Shown here one piece after another: positions 1-13,595 of a DNA stretch of 64,000 nucleotides. Origin of the DNA: Yuukianura sp. NJ FZ-2021 (taxonomy: Eukaryota). A program made the position numbers and the translations under genes. Location of the stretch: assembly GCA_046563655.1 (NCBI GenBank), contig CM102289.1, positions 3,782,001 through 3,846,000 on the forward strand. Direction: 5' to 3'. Within the stretch, counting starts at the first letter, position 1; every line of letters starts with the position of its first letter. The notes beneath the pieces are model-generated. The model was not told the DNA's origin. It did not search any database and was given only the letters and a program-made list of their open reading frames with translations.

Positions 1-50
1 TGCCCATTCAAAGTCTCAGTTTTCTTTTGGGACGTGGACTATTATTGTTT

Positions 51-605
51 CAGAGTTCGGGAGTTTCGGTCCGCTCCCGATCATTTCGGGTTACTTTCCA
101 TTCCCGCTTCCGATCATTTCGGCTAGGTTAAATCAAAGGTCAGCGCAAATATTTCTCCAAATTTTATTTCTGTTGACCTCTGACCTGAGGAAGTGGCCGT
201 AGTGTCATAGTTCATAGAACGCAAAATATTACCCTTATGACTATAACAACTTTCGTATGGGACACTTTTGAATTTGTCAGGGGTACCCACTTCAGTCTCT
301 GGACTTCGAACATTTTCGAGTCTAGATTATGAAAAAGTGGGAAGGGGGACGCTTGGGTGTCAAAAAAAATTTCTTGCTCCAAACGTCCCAAAAACGTTTG
401 AAGCAAGTTTGATAACAAAAAATGAAAAAAAGGAGGAAAAATTTTTTTTTTGAAATTTTCGACCAGCAAACCTGAAAAACGTTTCACTGCCCGAAAAACG
501 ATAATCTAAACGGGAGCGGGGCGACCCTCCCGATCATTTTAATTACGATCGGGATCGGGCATTGCATAGGAGTGGGGTTATGGGAATGGAGTTCCCCGAA
601 CTCTG
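51..605. mobile_element. Non-autonomous TIR DNA transposon (MITE), hAT- or P-like
   Basis: Terminal inverted repeat CAGAGTTCGGG at 51-61 and CCCGAACTCTG at 595-605. Flanked by a near-identical 8-bp direct repeat (tattgttt 43-50, tactgttt 606-613). Internal repeats of ccgatcattt at about 78, 110 and 530. No coding capacity. Confidence 0.75.
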
Positions 606-3600
606 TACTGTTTATTGTTTCCCTTTGAATGGCCTCGTTTTCTTCCCGGAGAAAATCGTATTTTTAACAAAGTTTTTTAAGAAATTGCAAGTTTCTCCCA
701 GTGGGCTAAGCCCCCAAGTTGGAAATTATGGCTAATTTCCGGACATGTTCCCACCCCCTTTGACACTGTTTTTCCTAATCTACGGTACTTAAGAACTGGT
801 CCAAAGGGTGTCGGAAATTAGAACAAGTTCTCTAATTTGTGGTTCACAAGAATGAGTTACCGACCGCCGGCAGTTTAAGTTTTTCCAGAGAATTTTGAAA
901 AAGAAATCAAATGGTGGAGTTCGCAAAATATGGTCGGAGAATGAAAAAATAAAGCTGGGGCAGTGTAGAGGTAAAGGTATGCGTCAATTCAAATTGTTCC
1001 ATTCGTTCACTGACCCTGGCTTAAGAATGGTATCTGCCAAATGTATTCCATATTAAGTAAAGATTTTAATTTTCGAGATACGCAATGTCGCATGTTATTC
1101 AGTAGCCACCGCAAAGGCTACAATTTGTAAAACCTTGAGGGTGGATATTAGGGGGGTTCGTTGGAAAGGAATTTTTTTTACCCGGTTTTCATTTTGGCGG
1201 GCGTTCCCTGTTCGACACAAATTGCTCTATTCATTCAACACAATCAATAATTATGCTGCGTGGCTCGACCAGAGTAATTACAAAGGCATAAAAATTGCAC
1301 ACTTTACACGAGTGTTTTTAGAGCTGCGTTGAATTTCACAACCTAAAACAAAATGCGAACATCAAATAACAATAAGTGTCTAATTTTGATTTTTCTTTTC
1401 AAATTTTGAATTCACGTTTCAAATAATTTTATTTCCAACTAAAAGTACAAGACGCCTAGAATTTTGTAAACTTAGAGTTGACAGGTCACGTTAAATTATT
1501 CGAACTCCAACAAAGAGATCTTGATTCGAACACCAAAAGAAGCCAATTTCTTTTGTTTGTTGTGAAACAGCTCGTGCCAATTTGAGTTGCCAATCTCAGC
1601 ATTTTGTGGAATTAGTTGATGGAACTGGCGTTTGGATAGAGTGAATGCTTTGCTGCGAAGTGCCATGTCATTCATTGTCTTCTTCTGTTGGAAGGTCTCC
1701 GTCAGCTGAAATCTCTGATGTGATGAGTTTTAGTTTATACAAAAGCCTATGAGAATGGGCAGAAGATGAGATGACAGAATGGAATCTCACCAAAACAGAC
1801 AAGACAACACAATCCTATTCTTCCGTTGCCAAGCTAAAAACGGAGCACAGCAACAACGACAAGCCTTCCCTGTTCCCATTCGCAATCACTTTCTCAGTTT
1901 CTCGGGGATTTCGGGTTTTTTCTTTTCCGGGTTTGTCGCTTTTTCATTTCTGAAGCTGCTCTTCTCCCTTCAACTTTCGTCTGCCTGAGGTGACGAGGCG
2001 TTACATCACATCCCGTGTCTCATCTCACAAACAAATAGGAGAAAAGTAATTGACATTCCTGTTATAATGGAGCAAGAGTAAAAAGTAGAGGAAGGGATTC
2101 AATAAAGCCTACTTTAAATTCTTGGAACATTCAAATACAGGCGCTTCTTCAATGTAAAACAACGAACGGAATGTGGAGGATCAAGCAGAAAATCATAAAC
2201 AGAGGAGATTCATATTTTGAAAACTAAGTTTCGAAACTACTTTTTGAAATTCTCAGATGAAGTCACTTTGATTGCCTTTTCTTCCATCTTTTCAATTACA
2301 GTTGTCGCATCGACGGTTGCCCATTTTGACGCTATTTGTATTTACTTGTGCTGTTATGAGAGGATTAACCTCGTTCTCAAAGCCTCTTCACAAATGCTTT
2401 CAAAACATTCCATTATGATGGCAAAATCGGTTATGGATTTGAGAAAAAAAAACGGAAATTGAAAGAAAAACACGAAACTGAAGTGTCACCGTACGCTTCG
2501 GAATGAACCTAAACTTTCGGCGTCTGAAACCTATGGCTTTTAAGTTTTTGTCAACCAATACATTTTTGAAAAGCTTGCCAAATTTTCTGTCTCATGATTT
2601 TGAAAATGACTTTATCTTTAGTATTAAAATTTGAAAGATTGAGAGGAGTGATGCGTCCAAGTTCATTTGGCGTCAGAAAGCACAGCGAACACTAATTATT
2701 GTTGAGAGACAGGAATCAAAATTTAAATTGCGGATTTCTAATGTTCAAAGTTAAATTATAGACAGAAGAGGACTTAATTGGATTAATAAGCAGTTAGGCG
2801 TAAACTCAAAGACAAAACCCACGAACGAACAAAATCTGAATCTCTCTTTATAGTTAGTTTGTGTGTTGCCAGGCACCACAATTATGGAATAAACTTTCAC
2901 TTCACCGGGAAAGTTTGAATTTGAAATACTTTAAAAACTTTCAGTTTTTCAACTCCAAGAGAACCTCATTTCCACTGAATTTCTTTCCATAACTCAAGAT
3001 GAACTGCTCTTCAAACTTCAACGCTTCAACTTTTTCTGGAGAACGACGTCTCCCAGAACTAAACTCTCCCTAACAATTAAAACTTTTCGTGAAATAAAAA
3101 TTTTTTGAGTAGGAATAAGTTTAGATGTGCCTGAATTTTAAGAAATTTGGATCCCAAAACCTGGAAAATTTGTTCGCCGTTTCCTAAGGAATTAATTTAC
3201 ACTTGAGCAGTAAACTTTTCGAAGTGTAAAGTTGGGATGGATGTGCCAACCTTAGAGGTGAAAGGTGTTAGGCTATGAACTTTGTAAAAGTAGTGGAATT
3301 GTTAGGTTAGATTAGGTTAACCTAATACTGTAGTAGGTTTTTGCGATTACAGATTTATTGTCACAAGGCTTCAAGACAGGGTGAAAGTTCTTAGTGGAAA
3401 GTTGTGTCAATAGAAAAATGGGTTTGTACCGAAGGAGGTGCCTAAAGTTCCAAGTGGCTTCCCATTCCTCTTCACTTTTTGTCTTTCTTCAAGGCTTTTC
3501 CAAAGAAAGAAGGCTTTAATGCATTATATTTTTTTTCGGGAGCAAACAAGAGTCACTCTAGGAAATTGAAATAATTCTTTTCTCCCAGTACTATATTGAT

Positions 3601-6031
3601 GTTTCCATTTTCTGTGTGGCCCAAGAGAGAAGTTCCTGACACGTTTTCACTCTATACTCTAACTTTCCCAGGCCTAACTTAAAAAACATAACCTTAAAGT
3701 GCACATAACCTGTATGTCTTTTGTTTCCTAAGTCGCCCTGCTTTTTCTCGGCTTCTGGTTGGTTGACTTTCAGATTTTTTAATATCCTGATTTTACTTTG
3801 TTTAGGTTAAGCTTTTCTTTAAATACGTTGAAACCTTCTTATAGGTTCAAAACTCAAATAAAGTTTTTCAATTTTCACAAGTGGCTTCCGGCTCACAGCG
3901 GAAGGTTAGAGTTAAGTTCCGGATTTAGTTTTACAAAACCAAAAAGGAATGTTAAAAAGATGTTAAGGAAATGCATAGCAACAGACTGAGGTGGGGCATA
4001 GAGTGACAAACGTCTTGTCACTGCCTTCCTGTCATCAGATGGACCCCGGAGCCTTTGCTTTCTCTGTAAATAACAGCCCTTAACAAAGTTAAAAAAAGTT
4101 TGAAAGCAGTACATAAATACCTGTCGAGAGGTAATTGGATAGGACAAGCTGTGCACAAACTTATGTAAGCTCCCCAATGCTTCAGTTCGGAGAGACTGAA
4201 AGAAATGACTTTCAAATCCTGATATGGAGAAAGTCACTTGCAGCTCCCAGCATTTTCCTTGTGCTTTCGAATTCAACTGAATCTCATCCAGCCCATTTCC
4301 CCTTATAAGAACTCTCCTTTCCGCCCTTAATTCAATTAACATGCAGGAATCCTAGTCCACGTTCTCCTTTTCCATTGCTTTCTTCTTCCTTCGTATTAAA
4401 AATCACCAACTTACTCAACCGAAATCTTGTAACAAGAACTCTCGAGGCCAGAGATTTTCCAGTATGCAGCAGAAATCCTCCTGGTTCTTTTATACACTCC
4501 ATAGTATTTTCATTGAAATAAGGTCTTGTGGAGAGAAAGTGCTTTTTCTCTAATGCAAATTTTCCACACTTTAAGTCACAAAGCCTGAATTCATTCATTT
4601 AACATTAACAAGGATACGCAGAGAAAGTGAAAGGAAAACTCTCATTTCAAAAGTTAAAATCTTAAGGTTAAAATATTCCTTTCGCAAGTTGGCTTGAGAG
4701 AAAGCAAAAAAAATGAGGAAAAAGAAACCAAAACCGCTTTCTCGCTCAGTTCAAAATTTTGACGTCCCACTTTGTCAAAACAAAATTCCATTTCACTTCA
4801 ACTTCAGTTAAAAATACATTTGACAAGCTGCATTTCCGTGTACTTTGTCAAACATAATCAAAAATAGCGGATTAGGTTGGTTTTATATCCGGGACAATCC
4901 TTAGATTTTTCAGCCTAAAATGACATTGGAGTGCTTATCGGCTGTAGGATAGTCGGACGCAATTAACTTTATTTTGGAAACCCAGACAGGAAATGTGACG
5001 TTGTATGAATGACACAACTTTAGTTTCGTAAACGGGTTGACATTGACATGGGTTATTCGGATATGCACATTCTCTCATCGTTTAGGGATTAAATCTGGCT
5101 TAATAATACCTTAACCTAAGTAGGTCTCAATAGGATTCGGCCCCAGTTGATGGATTTACAGCCAACACTTTGAGCTTTTATCAGTGACAGAAAGTGAAGC
5201 AGTTGTGACTGATGAGGGTGCTGTGACTGATGGTTTATGGCATAAGTGGAGCAATAATGACCACGTTGTTGTTGTGCTTCTGAGGAAGATAAGCATTGTG
5301 CTTGATTGAGGAGGATCCCGGGTATCCGGGAATGGGGGACTACAGATATATGACTTAGGAATTGACTGACATGGGGGAGACTTGAGTAATAGGAGATGAT
5401 GGATGATGACTCAACATGGGACGATATGGAGGTAAACAGACACACACAACTGCCCGGGAAATGATCAACACTGAAGGGCACTTTCTCTTGTCCTGAAAGG
5501 GCCGGGCCCTTGGATGACGAAGGACAAAGGATAGGGTGGACTTGGTCCTTGGACGTCACGTGACCTGTCAAACTTACTCAATCTTCATTGTCACAATTGC
5601 AGCACTACAAATGCACAAAGGAAATTAGATGCATTTTAATTTGTTGTTTCCTGTTCATATTATTTATGCACCACAGACGGAGTTTGTTTTAGATTGAACA
5701 TGGAAGTCTCCTGCCTGGAAACTTCAAAGGATGCAGATAGAAGCGAAGAAGCGAAGCGTATTCAAAAAGTCATTCATTGGAATTCGGATTCGGAATGAGA
5801 GTGAAATTAAAAAACTCCCATGACAACATTCTAATTGGCATGTCAACAATGCTACACCGTTTGTTGTATTTTTATGGCCTCAAATTTTAAAAAAATTAAA
5901 ACAAATTTTCAAAATTCACTTTCTTTTTTCGAACACGACTGCGCTCATTGAGGCTGGCTGACCTGTATCACGCAACTGTACAGAAGACGAGAAATTGAAC
6001 CAAAATTTAAAAGTAAAAACCGATTGTCAGA

Positions 6032-6461
6032 ATGTCTGAACCGAACAACGACGAAGTACTACCCGATTCGGTAGGAGAGGAAGAAGCCCCTCATGCATCG
6101 CTTCCTGGAAAGCACATCAAAGTACGATGGTCAGAGGTCAACAATGACCTGGGCAAGTACCACAATGACTTCATTGAAGAGTTTCCAAACTGCCTCTTCG
6201 TTCGGGTCATCCAATGTGGAACTTTGAGCACTTTGAAGGTCAATCTTAACTAGCAAAAGTGAAGAACTTATTAATAATCTTGAGTTTTGGTGTGATTAGG
6301 ACGTTGGCGCCGGGGGATTGGCACTGATTAGAGAGGACGTGATGATTGCCAATGCAGAGCGGAAGATTGACGCTGAAGGGAAAGTGAGCATTGATCGAGA
6401 CACGGCCTTCTTCATTCTGGAGAAGGATATCATCGCTTTTGGCAAATTCGGAAATCGCTGA
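6032..6461 (+). CDS. Orphan 122-aa protein, 2 exons (6032-6238, 6300-6461)
   Basis: ATG at 6032; 61-nt GT..AG intron at phase 0; exon 2 reads open as DVGAGGLALIREDVMIANAERKIDAEGKVSIDRDTAFFILEKDIIAFGKFGNR*; AATAAA at 6567-6572; GC-richer than the flanks. No family recognised. The donor site (gtcaat) is weak. Confidence 0.65.
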
Positions 6462-9400
6462 AATGGCATCTACTAAAAATCCAACAAGAATCTATCAGAC
6501 ATCAAAATAGAGAAAGTTGTAACAATAAGAAGCAATTTTCTACATTAAACTAACAAATGACTGAAGAATAAAGTTTTTATTAGAACTAACTCGGAAAATG
6601 GAATTCGTAGAACTGCATTTCTAAAAGCATTGAAACTGTGAAGCGATGACTTAATGCACAAGTGAAGGAAAGTAGAAAGTAGCAAAAGAACTAAAATCTG
6701 TGCCTGTTACTTTTCCGTTTTCCCCAATGGGAATTGGATTTGAAATTTCGTATTAGCATTTGGTCCGATTTTGTTTTGTGCACTGCCACTAACGAATGGA
6801 TTTGTTAGGCTAATCAGAAACTGGATTTGATTTATTTGAAGTAGCGGTCTAATGAATCCACCCCTCTTTTAGCATCCGCAACCCCTCAGTTTGAATCAGT
6901 TTGTGGAATAAAATTACTTTTCAATGGATTTGTTAGGGTGAACAACAAAGCTTTGAAACTAGACAAATCTTCTCCCTACTACTTCCGTAGTGCGTTTTGC
7001 CACAATTTTCAGGCGGGAGGAAAGCCTTTCGTATAGAAAAAAAGGCGGGAAATTATAATCTTGTTCCGAATTCAGGGGAGTTTATGGTTACCGTTTGGTC
7101 CTTGAAAAAGAAAGTAAGCGGAAGAATAAAGATTCCGTAGTCGTGTAGTAGCTAAGCTATGGCATGGAACGGCTCGTCTTTCTGCATCAGAGACGTGGAA
7201 GTCGAAATTCATGGGGTTCCACTACAGCAGCGTCGTCGGCTGAAACGAAAACCCCGAAGCACTACCCGGGAACGCTGTACTAAAGAATGGAATTGAGCTC
7301 ACAGACTCCGGATCCCAACGCCATCGGAGAACTTGTCAAATGTCCCATGGGATAACCCGGGTTTTAGTTTTCAATTGGCTCCATTCCCGCTTTCCTTCCA
7401 TTCTTCCGTGGGCTTGGGGCAATTGGGCCTTATGGCAAGAGTTAGAGCCCATAAAAACAGGAGATTAACGCACAACTTCACCCTTTCCCTTATTTTCACG
7501 AGAGGGCAAATAGACTTTGGTCCCCACCCCCTCCTACCCGCCCCCACCCCCATTTCCAAAATTTTCCGTGACCACCGTCAGTCTCTTTTGGACCACACTT
7601 CTCGACAAATCTTTGTTTGACAAGAGGGGTCTGGACAAACTTGCGTTAACAAGACGCTCACGGGCGGGTAGTTATGGACGAATCACGTTCGGATATCACG
7701 ACGCTCATGCACGGGTATTTATGGACGGTTCTCGTACTGACATCACCGCTTGAAAGTGTTGGTGGATATCCACTTTTTCGATATTTAATACAGTGGATAT
7801 AACGTTTCGTCCAGTTTTATCCGGATGAATCACTGGATAAATTGGATTATGCATTGCATCAAGATACTTCCACCAATTTCGGCTGAAATGGAAGAAACGT
7901 TTAATTCATCCACCAACACTGCCTTTTTGCATTCCTGGTTGAATACAAGCCTAGGCTGTCTGTGTCCCACGATTGACTGTCCATGAAGATAGTTCGTCCA
8001 AAGCTGACCGTCCACGAGAGCCCGGGAACCGGAGAGGGGAACACCCACAGTTGTCGATTGACACTTGTTCAGAATTGGAGTCCTCGGAGCGCATTTATAA
8101 TAATGCGGGAAGCTGAAAAAGAAAGTGAATTCGGTGCGAAAAGCATTGGGAGAAAAGGACAATCGGCATTTTGTGCTTGGCTTCGGGCTTTATGAACTGG
8201 AAAGACGCTCCCCTCTTCACAAAACTACACCGTAGATGACGCATTTCCATTTCACGGTTTAACTCTCTGTTCTCCTGCTAAAATATACTGCGGATGCTGC
8301 AGAAGATCTCGACTTTTTAGGTTTTTTTTTGTATCGTGTCGTTTTCCAAAATAGGTTTCGATATAATAGACTCCAATGATAAAAAATTCATTGAGACGAC
8401 ACGGGAGTCCTTTATTGTACTTTACGGCACAATGACAAAGTCAAGGGACCCACCGAGGCAGGACCCTTATGGAATGTAAATATTTTTATGAGATTTTCAG
8501 CTATGTACCTTGAAAAGGCTTCTCTAAAAAAGCATTCAAGAGGGAAAGCACTTATCAACACCATGATTTACAACTGGGTCACCCCAATTCATATGGAAAT
8601 TCGGGCGGGAAGAGCCTTTACGAAAACTGTTTTTTGGCAGAAATTAAAGAGAGCATGGTAAAGCATGGATAAGAATACTTACACTATTATTCCTATCAGC
8701 CACACCACACAAACGATGTGTACAGTGCACATTGTGTGACAAAGGGACTTCAAGTCTTGGAGCACGGAATTGTTACGGAAGTGTGACGATTAAATGGTAA
8801 ACCAATGCAAATTGTGCCATTGGGAATAGCTCCGCCCATTTGCAGAAACCATTAACGTCCATAACGCTAAATCTTACCCGCTCTTTCCGCCCTTTCTAAC
8901 TTTTTAGGATCACCAAAACTTTTTTTCTTGTTACCGGGAACTAATCCAGTATATGATTCTAAGCACAAATAGGGTGGTCTCCATCGTTCGGTGACAAGGC
9001 AATGGTCGCTGTTGCAAAGAAATGTGGATAAGCGTACTTTTGTTGTCTTTCGAGCGTAGAGATGCAAAACTTAAGGTTCACATTTGAAAGAATCACTCCC
9101 GAGTTTGAACTTTGAAGTTCCGACTTTAGGTGAGAACTTTAATTACCGTCGTTGATTCGACATGGTGGAATTAGACGTAACTGGAATATAGCGTTAACCC
9201 CTGCGTCAAGAAGTATTTTTATTGCCTACAGTCAGAAAACCACATTTGTATACATTATGAAAAGTTATCGGCAAATTAATTACTAAAAGCAATATGTAAC
9301 AAAAAGGCTTTGGAATTTGACTTCAATGGAAAATTTCGATTCACATTGATAAGCTGGTTTGACGCCTGAAGTGAAAGTTGAAAAGAAACTGAAGTGGGAC

Positions 9401-11709
9401 TGAAGAGAAGGGGAACATACACCATGGAGGGATTCAGAGAACTAGCCGCATTTTCCCCTGAATGGTTTCTTGAAATTTGAAACCGACTACGTTTCAACAC
9501 CTTTCTATTGCATATACAATTTATTCGTGTTAATTACAAAAAGAAATTTTATTTAACCTAGGTCTTTGGTCTTTCGTTATTTGAAAATGCTGCAGATAAA
9601 TACGCACTGCTTACAATCATGTATTGGACTAAACGAGAAAGAAACCGAATTTAAGAATTTTCCTTCGGTATTGTAATTTTCTAAAATAAATTCTGAATGT
9701 TATTAATTCTTTATCTAATTAAATTTGTAGTCAATTGTTAGAACTTTTAGCTTATTTACGCATATTGTTTCAAGATGTCTGAAAATGACCCAAGGATTTC
9801 ACAATTAAAACTAATTTAACTCCAAAACACATTTAAAAATAATACCACTGAAGTTTATCCACGACAACTTGTCAATGATAAAATCAACAATTAAACTACA
9901 ACATTGCAAACACTGACTTTGACCTAGCGCCTGATTTTTCCCTCCATGGTTCTACGCCTCGATGATGTTGCATCAACAGCGGCGTTTCCCTCCTTATCCA
10001 CATGAAACGAGAGAAAGCTGGAAAAATATTGGATTTTTTTTAGTACACGCGTAGAATAACTTAATTGTCATGTAGAATTTTTGTTCTCCATATGGCTAAT
10101 CCTTTGCGGAATTAGTCAGTTTATCCTAGTTCAAATAAGCATGTTGAAAAGAATTGAAAACAATTCAAATAGCAGCGGTGGCGGAGTAAGCAACCTGAAG
10201 ACAAGTGAAATTTATGTGCAACAGGAGCTCACTTTTGTTCACTTCCAAAAGGAATAGTTTTGGCTGACAAAAAGTGCCTAGCATAGCATCTCCACTTTAA
10301 CTTTCATTAATTGTTTTTTTTTTCTAGTCCCAGCTCATCTCCTACTCTTCTATTTTTAAAACGATGAATTTTTCTAACCACTTCCGAGAAATGGAACACA
10401 ATGAGGCCCATAAAAAACGCTCTGGTGATTCCATTTAGACGATGAGTACTAGTCCTCCGATGACAGTTTTTGCTTTGTGACAGCTGCTAATCCCAGCACA
10501 CAGAAGATGTGTCCCGTCACTGACTATAAAAATACTACCCGGGTATATATCCATACTACCCGGGAGTCGGCTTTTTCTTTGTGTTTGAGTGGCTAAGAAA
10601 AGAAGATTAAATGAGACTCCTTTTTCAAGCTTAAAATGTCCGACGACATGATTTGTTCCTGATACTTATTCTACTAAATTCAACACAATAACATCTATCC
10701 TAACAACACCAAATTCAAAGACTTTTAGTTAGTCTCAGCATCCTCTCACATATCCATGTCTTCCTATAAGGATTCATCTTCACAACACATAAGACATAAC
10801 ATAAGAAGTGTAGAACATTTCAAAAATAGCACAATTTGGCATCAGAAGACAATCTTCCCGCTTTATTAACATCATCTACTCCCGCATTGCTATTGTCACC
10901 ACCAGAATTCGGATTAACCTTTTGTCTTATTGCCAAAAACCGACACTCTTCCAAATTCTCAAAACGGACAAAGGAATTTTTTTTTTCAATTTTTTTTTTT
11001 ACTTTTTACTAACTAGTAATCCACATAATTTCACATCCGTGTTAAAATTAAGGTGTAAAGTAAAATTGGAAACTTTTGCGCACTGTTTATTTCCTTGCAA
11101 TAATCACTATCACTTGTTTTTCTTTTTTTTTCTTGTTATTTTCTTTATTAATTCGAAAGTAACGAAAAGGCGAACTTGAACTTGAAAGCAGCTTGACCAC
11201 TTTTCATTTGTTGCCATTTACTAATAAAAACCCACACTACATCCCACTTTGAACACGATATAGAATCTTTATGCAGAGTTGCACATAGTACAGGAATCTT
11301 GATTTTTGTGCAAAGGAAGGTCTATGTCATTGAACCAGTGACCCGTTAGAGAGCATAGATGAATTCCAAAGGCAGCCTGCAGGTCCAATTCAACTTCATC
11401 TTCACTCACACCTTAGTACAGAGGAGTGGCTCGCGCAGTGAATTTATAAACCTGTTGAAAACTTTCACTGAAGTTACAAGAGTAAACTAGTAATTTGCCT
11501 ATGGAAATTATGAAAGTCAAGAACAAAGGAATTACTTCACAAATTAAAACTTTTTAAGATCTTCAGTAATGAAAAGAGGTGTTGAGAAAATATTTTTTTT
11601 CAAGCAAATAATTGATGAGGTGTAAGAAAAGTGAAAGTGGTTTAAATAGAACTGAAAAGAGGTCATTCCACAGTAGTTCTTTGAGTGAAGGACATCTGAA
11701 GTGCCCAGT

Positions 11710-13595
11710 ATGGTGGTGACATCAGTGCTAAAGGCCCTCAGCCTCTACTTTTTGGTTACCCTAGTCGAAGGTGCGGGTCTCCTTTCGGATAAAACCACAA
11801 AGGCAAACAGCGTCAAGTAAGTCAGGCATAAAGGATTTTAAAACATCCGCAAACTATTTAAGTGAAAATTGATACATATTTGGTCCATTTTGGCACTAGG
11901 GCGACTCTGTGTACAGAGCTAAGTGGAGCCAGTCGGTACACACTGTGGGCCACTCGCTATGACAACGTGACGGAGAAGTGCTACATGACAGGGCAGAAGG
12001 GCCCTTGTGGGAACAACATGATTTTCTACTCTGTGGCGGGCGATGGAGTCTACGGAGAGTGTGACTGTAACTATGACATCGAGTGTCGATCTCTAATTTA
12101 CTCTTCAGTATATGACGAGTGCTTCTTTTCATACGAACAGGTAGGTTTCTATTGTTTGCAAATCCTTTGAACCGTGCAGTTAGAACACAAAGCGGTTGAA
12201 ATTTGAATAAAGCTCGGGAAATAGAGGGAGTAACTATTGTGAAAACAGAAAAGCATACCTAGCCGAGCTAACTACTGCAAATCCACCTATGTAGTTACTC
12301 CCTCCAATTCATGGACAGAAACTAATTTTTTGGAAAAAAAAAACAACCAAATCATCGAGTGAATTGTTAAACTTCAGCATAGATAAAAACATTGAATGCA
12401 TCGATTAATCTAAACCTCCGTCCAAAATAATTTTCGAATTGAACATATCGTTTGAATACTCCGTTTCGCCACAAAGGTTGTATCCTGCTAAGCATTTTCC
12501 TCAAACAAAATTTTTATTGCGAAAAGAGTACTTGCTTAACACATTTTTTATGCGAAAGTTATTTATGATAATTGATAATGCGGAAATAGAAATCATCTCG
12601 TGTCATGCAATAAACCTGACTAGATAACTGCGCAGGTAAGTAGTTGGTGATTAGGATTTTGTGAGCAACAAATTGATATCCCTACAGAACTTTTAAATGT
12701 TTTCCAGGCATAGTTTTTACAAATCCAAAAATTTGAGCTTGACCTTGACCTGTACAAGTCGGAATACTCAACAAGGCGAAAGAGAAAATAACATGTAACG
12801 ATTCCAAATCTAGTCGGCTTTCAATATCCTACTTGAATGCTGCGTTTCATAGCTATCTATTCATAGTAGAAGTCGTAGCGTCTCAGAGCTTCATTGTGGT
12901 ACGCCCGCGTGTAAACATTTAAATTGTTTTGGAACACACATTACAGTGTGGTACTTAAGAAAAAGTACATTCATATAATTTCTAAATGTCAAAATTCTAA
13001 GTGAGTTCAGTAAAAACGATGTTGTGATTGCGTGCGAATGAATCAAAACCAAAATCCAAAGCTCACAAATTGTCAGTCGCAATTCAACTCACGTATACCA
13101 TTGTTGTGGATTCTAGGAAATAGATAGTTACTCACGAATTACTTTCAGATTCTAGTGTGGGATGCCAATTTACCTTTTGCTTTTGTTTTTCTTAAGGGAC
13201 ATTGCAATGACGGGTACTGGTTAGTAGCTGACAAAGAGGGCAAACCACAATGTGAACGCAACCTCTGTCGTCCCCCACCCAAGTACTCACTCAAGTACCA
13301 GTGGGCCCTTTACAAAGGACGATGTGAAGTAAGTCAACTAATTTCAAATTTACAAACAGATTTCAATTTCGAATGCAATTGACTTATTCCACTTTTGGAA
13401 ATTTCATAGCGTCTCTACCAGCCCCTTCACGACTGCAGACCGGGAGAACATCTATGGATTCCAAAAGGAAACCGCTACCCCGAGTGTGGCAAATCCGAAT
13501 GCAACCCACAGCACTCGTTCATCCCCGAACTACAATGTGAACTCGGAAGTAAATTGTTCCATGAGGGAAGATGCTCAAGAAGAAAGGGAATTTAA
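11710..13595 (+). CDS. Secreted cysteine-rich protein, DUF4789-like, 4 exons (11710-11816, 11900-12140, 13197-13328, 13410-13595)
   Basis: Hydrophobic signal-like N-terminus MVVTSVLKALSLYFLVTLVEG. All three introns are GT..AG and phase-consistent. Repeated motifs CYMTGQKGPC, GECDC and CFFSYEQGHCNDGYWL resemble the arthropod DUF4789 family (from memory). Confidence 0.8.

Noticed and set aside
3893..4598. 149-aa and 88-aa minus-strand ORFs
   Set aside because: No domain features or consistent splice structure; compatible with chance ORFs.
5116..5571. 151-aa minus-strand ORF
   Set aside because: Non-ATG start, Ser/His-rich low-information translation and no recognisable domain or joining exons; more likely regulatory or UTR sequence.
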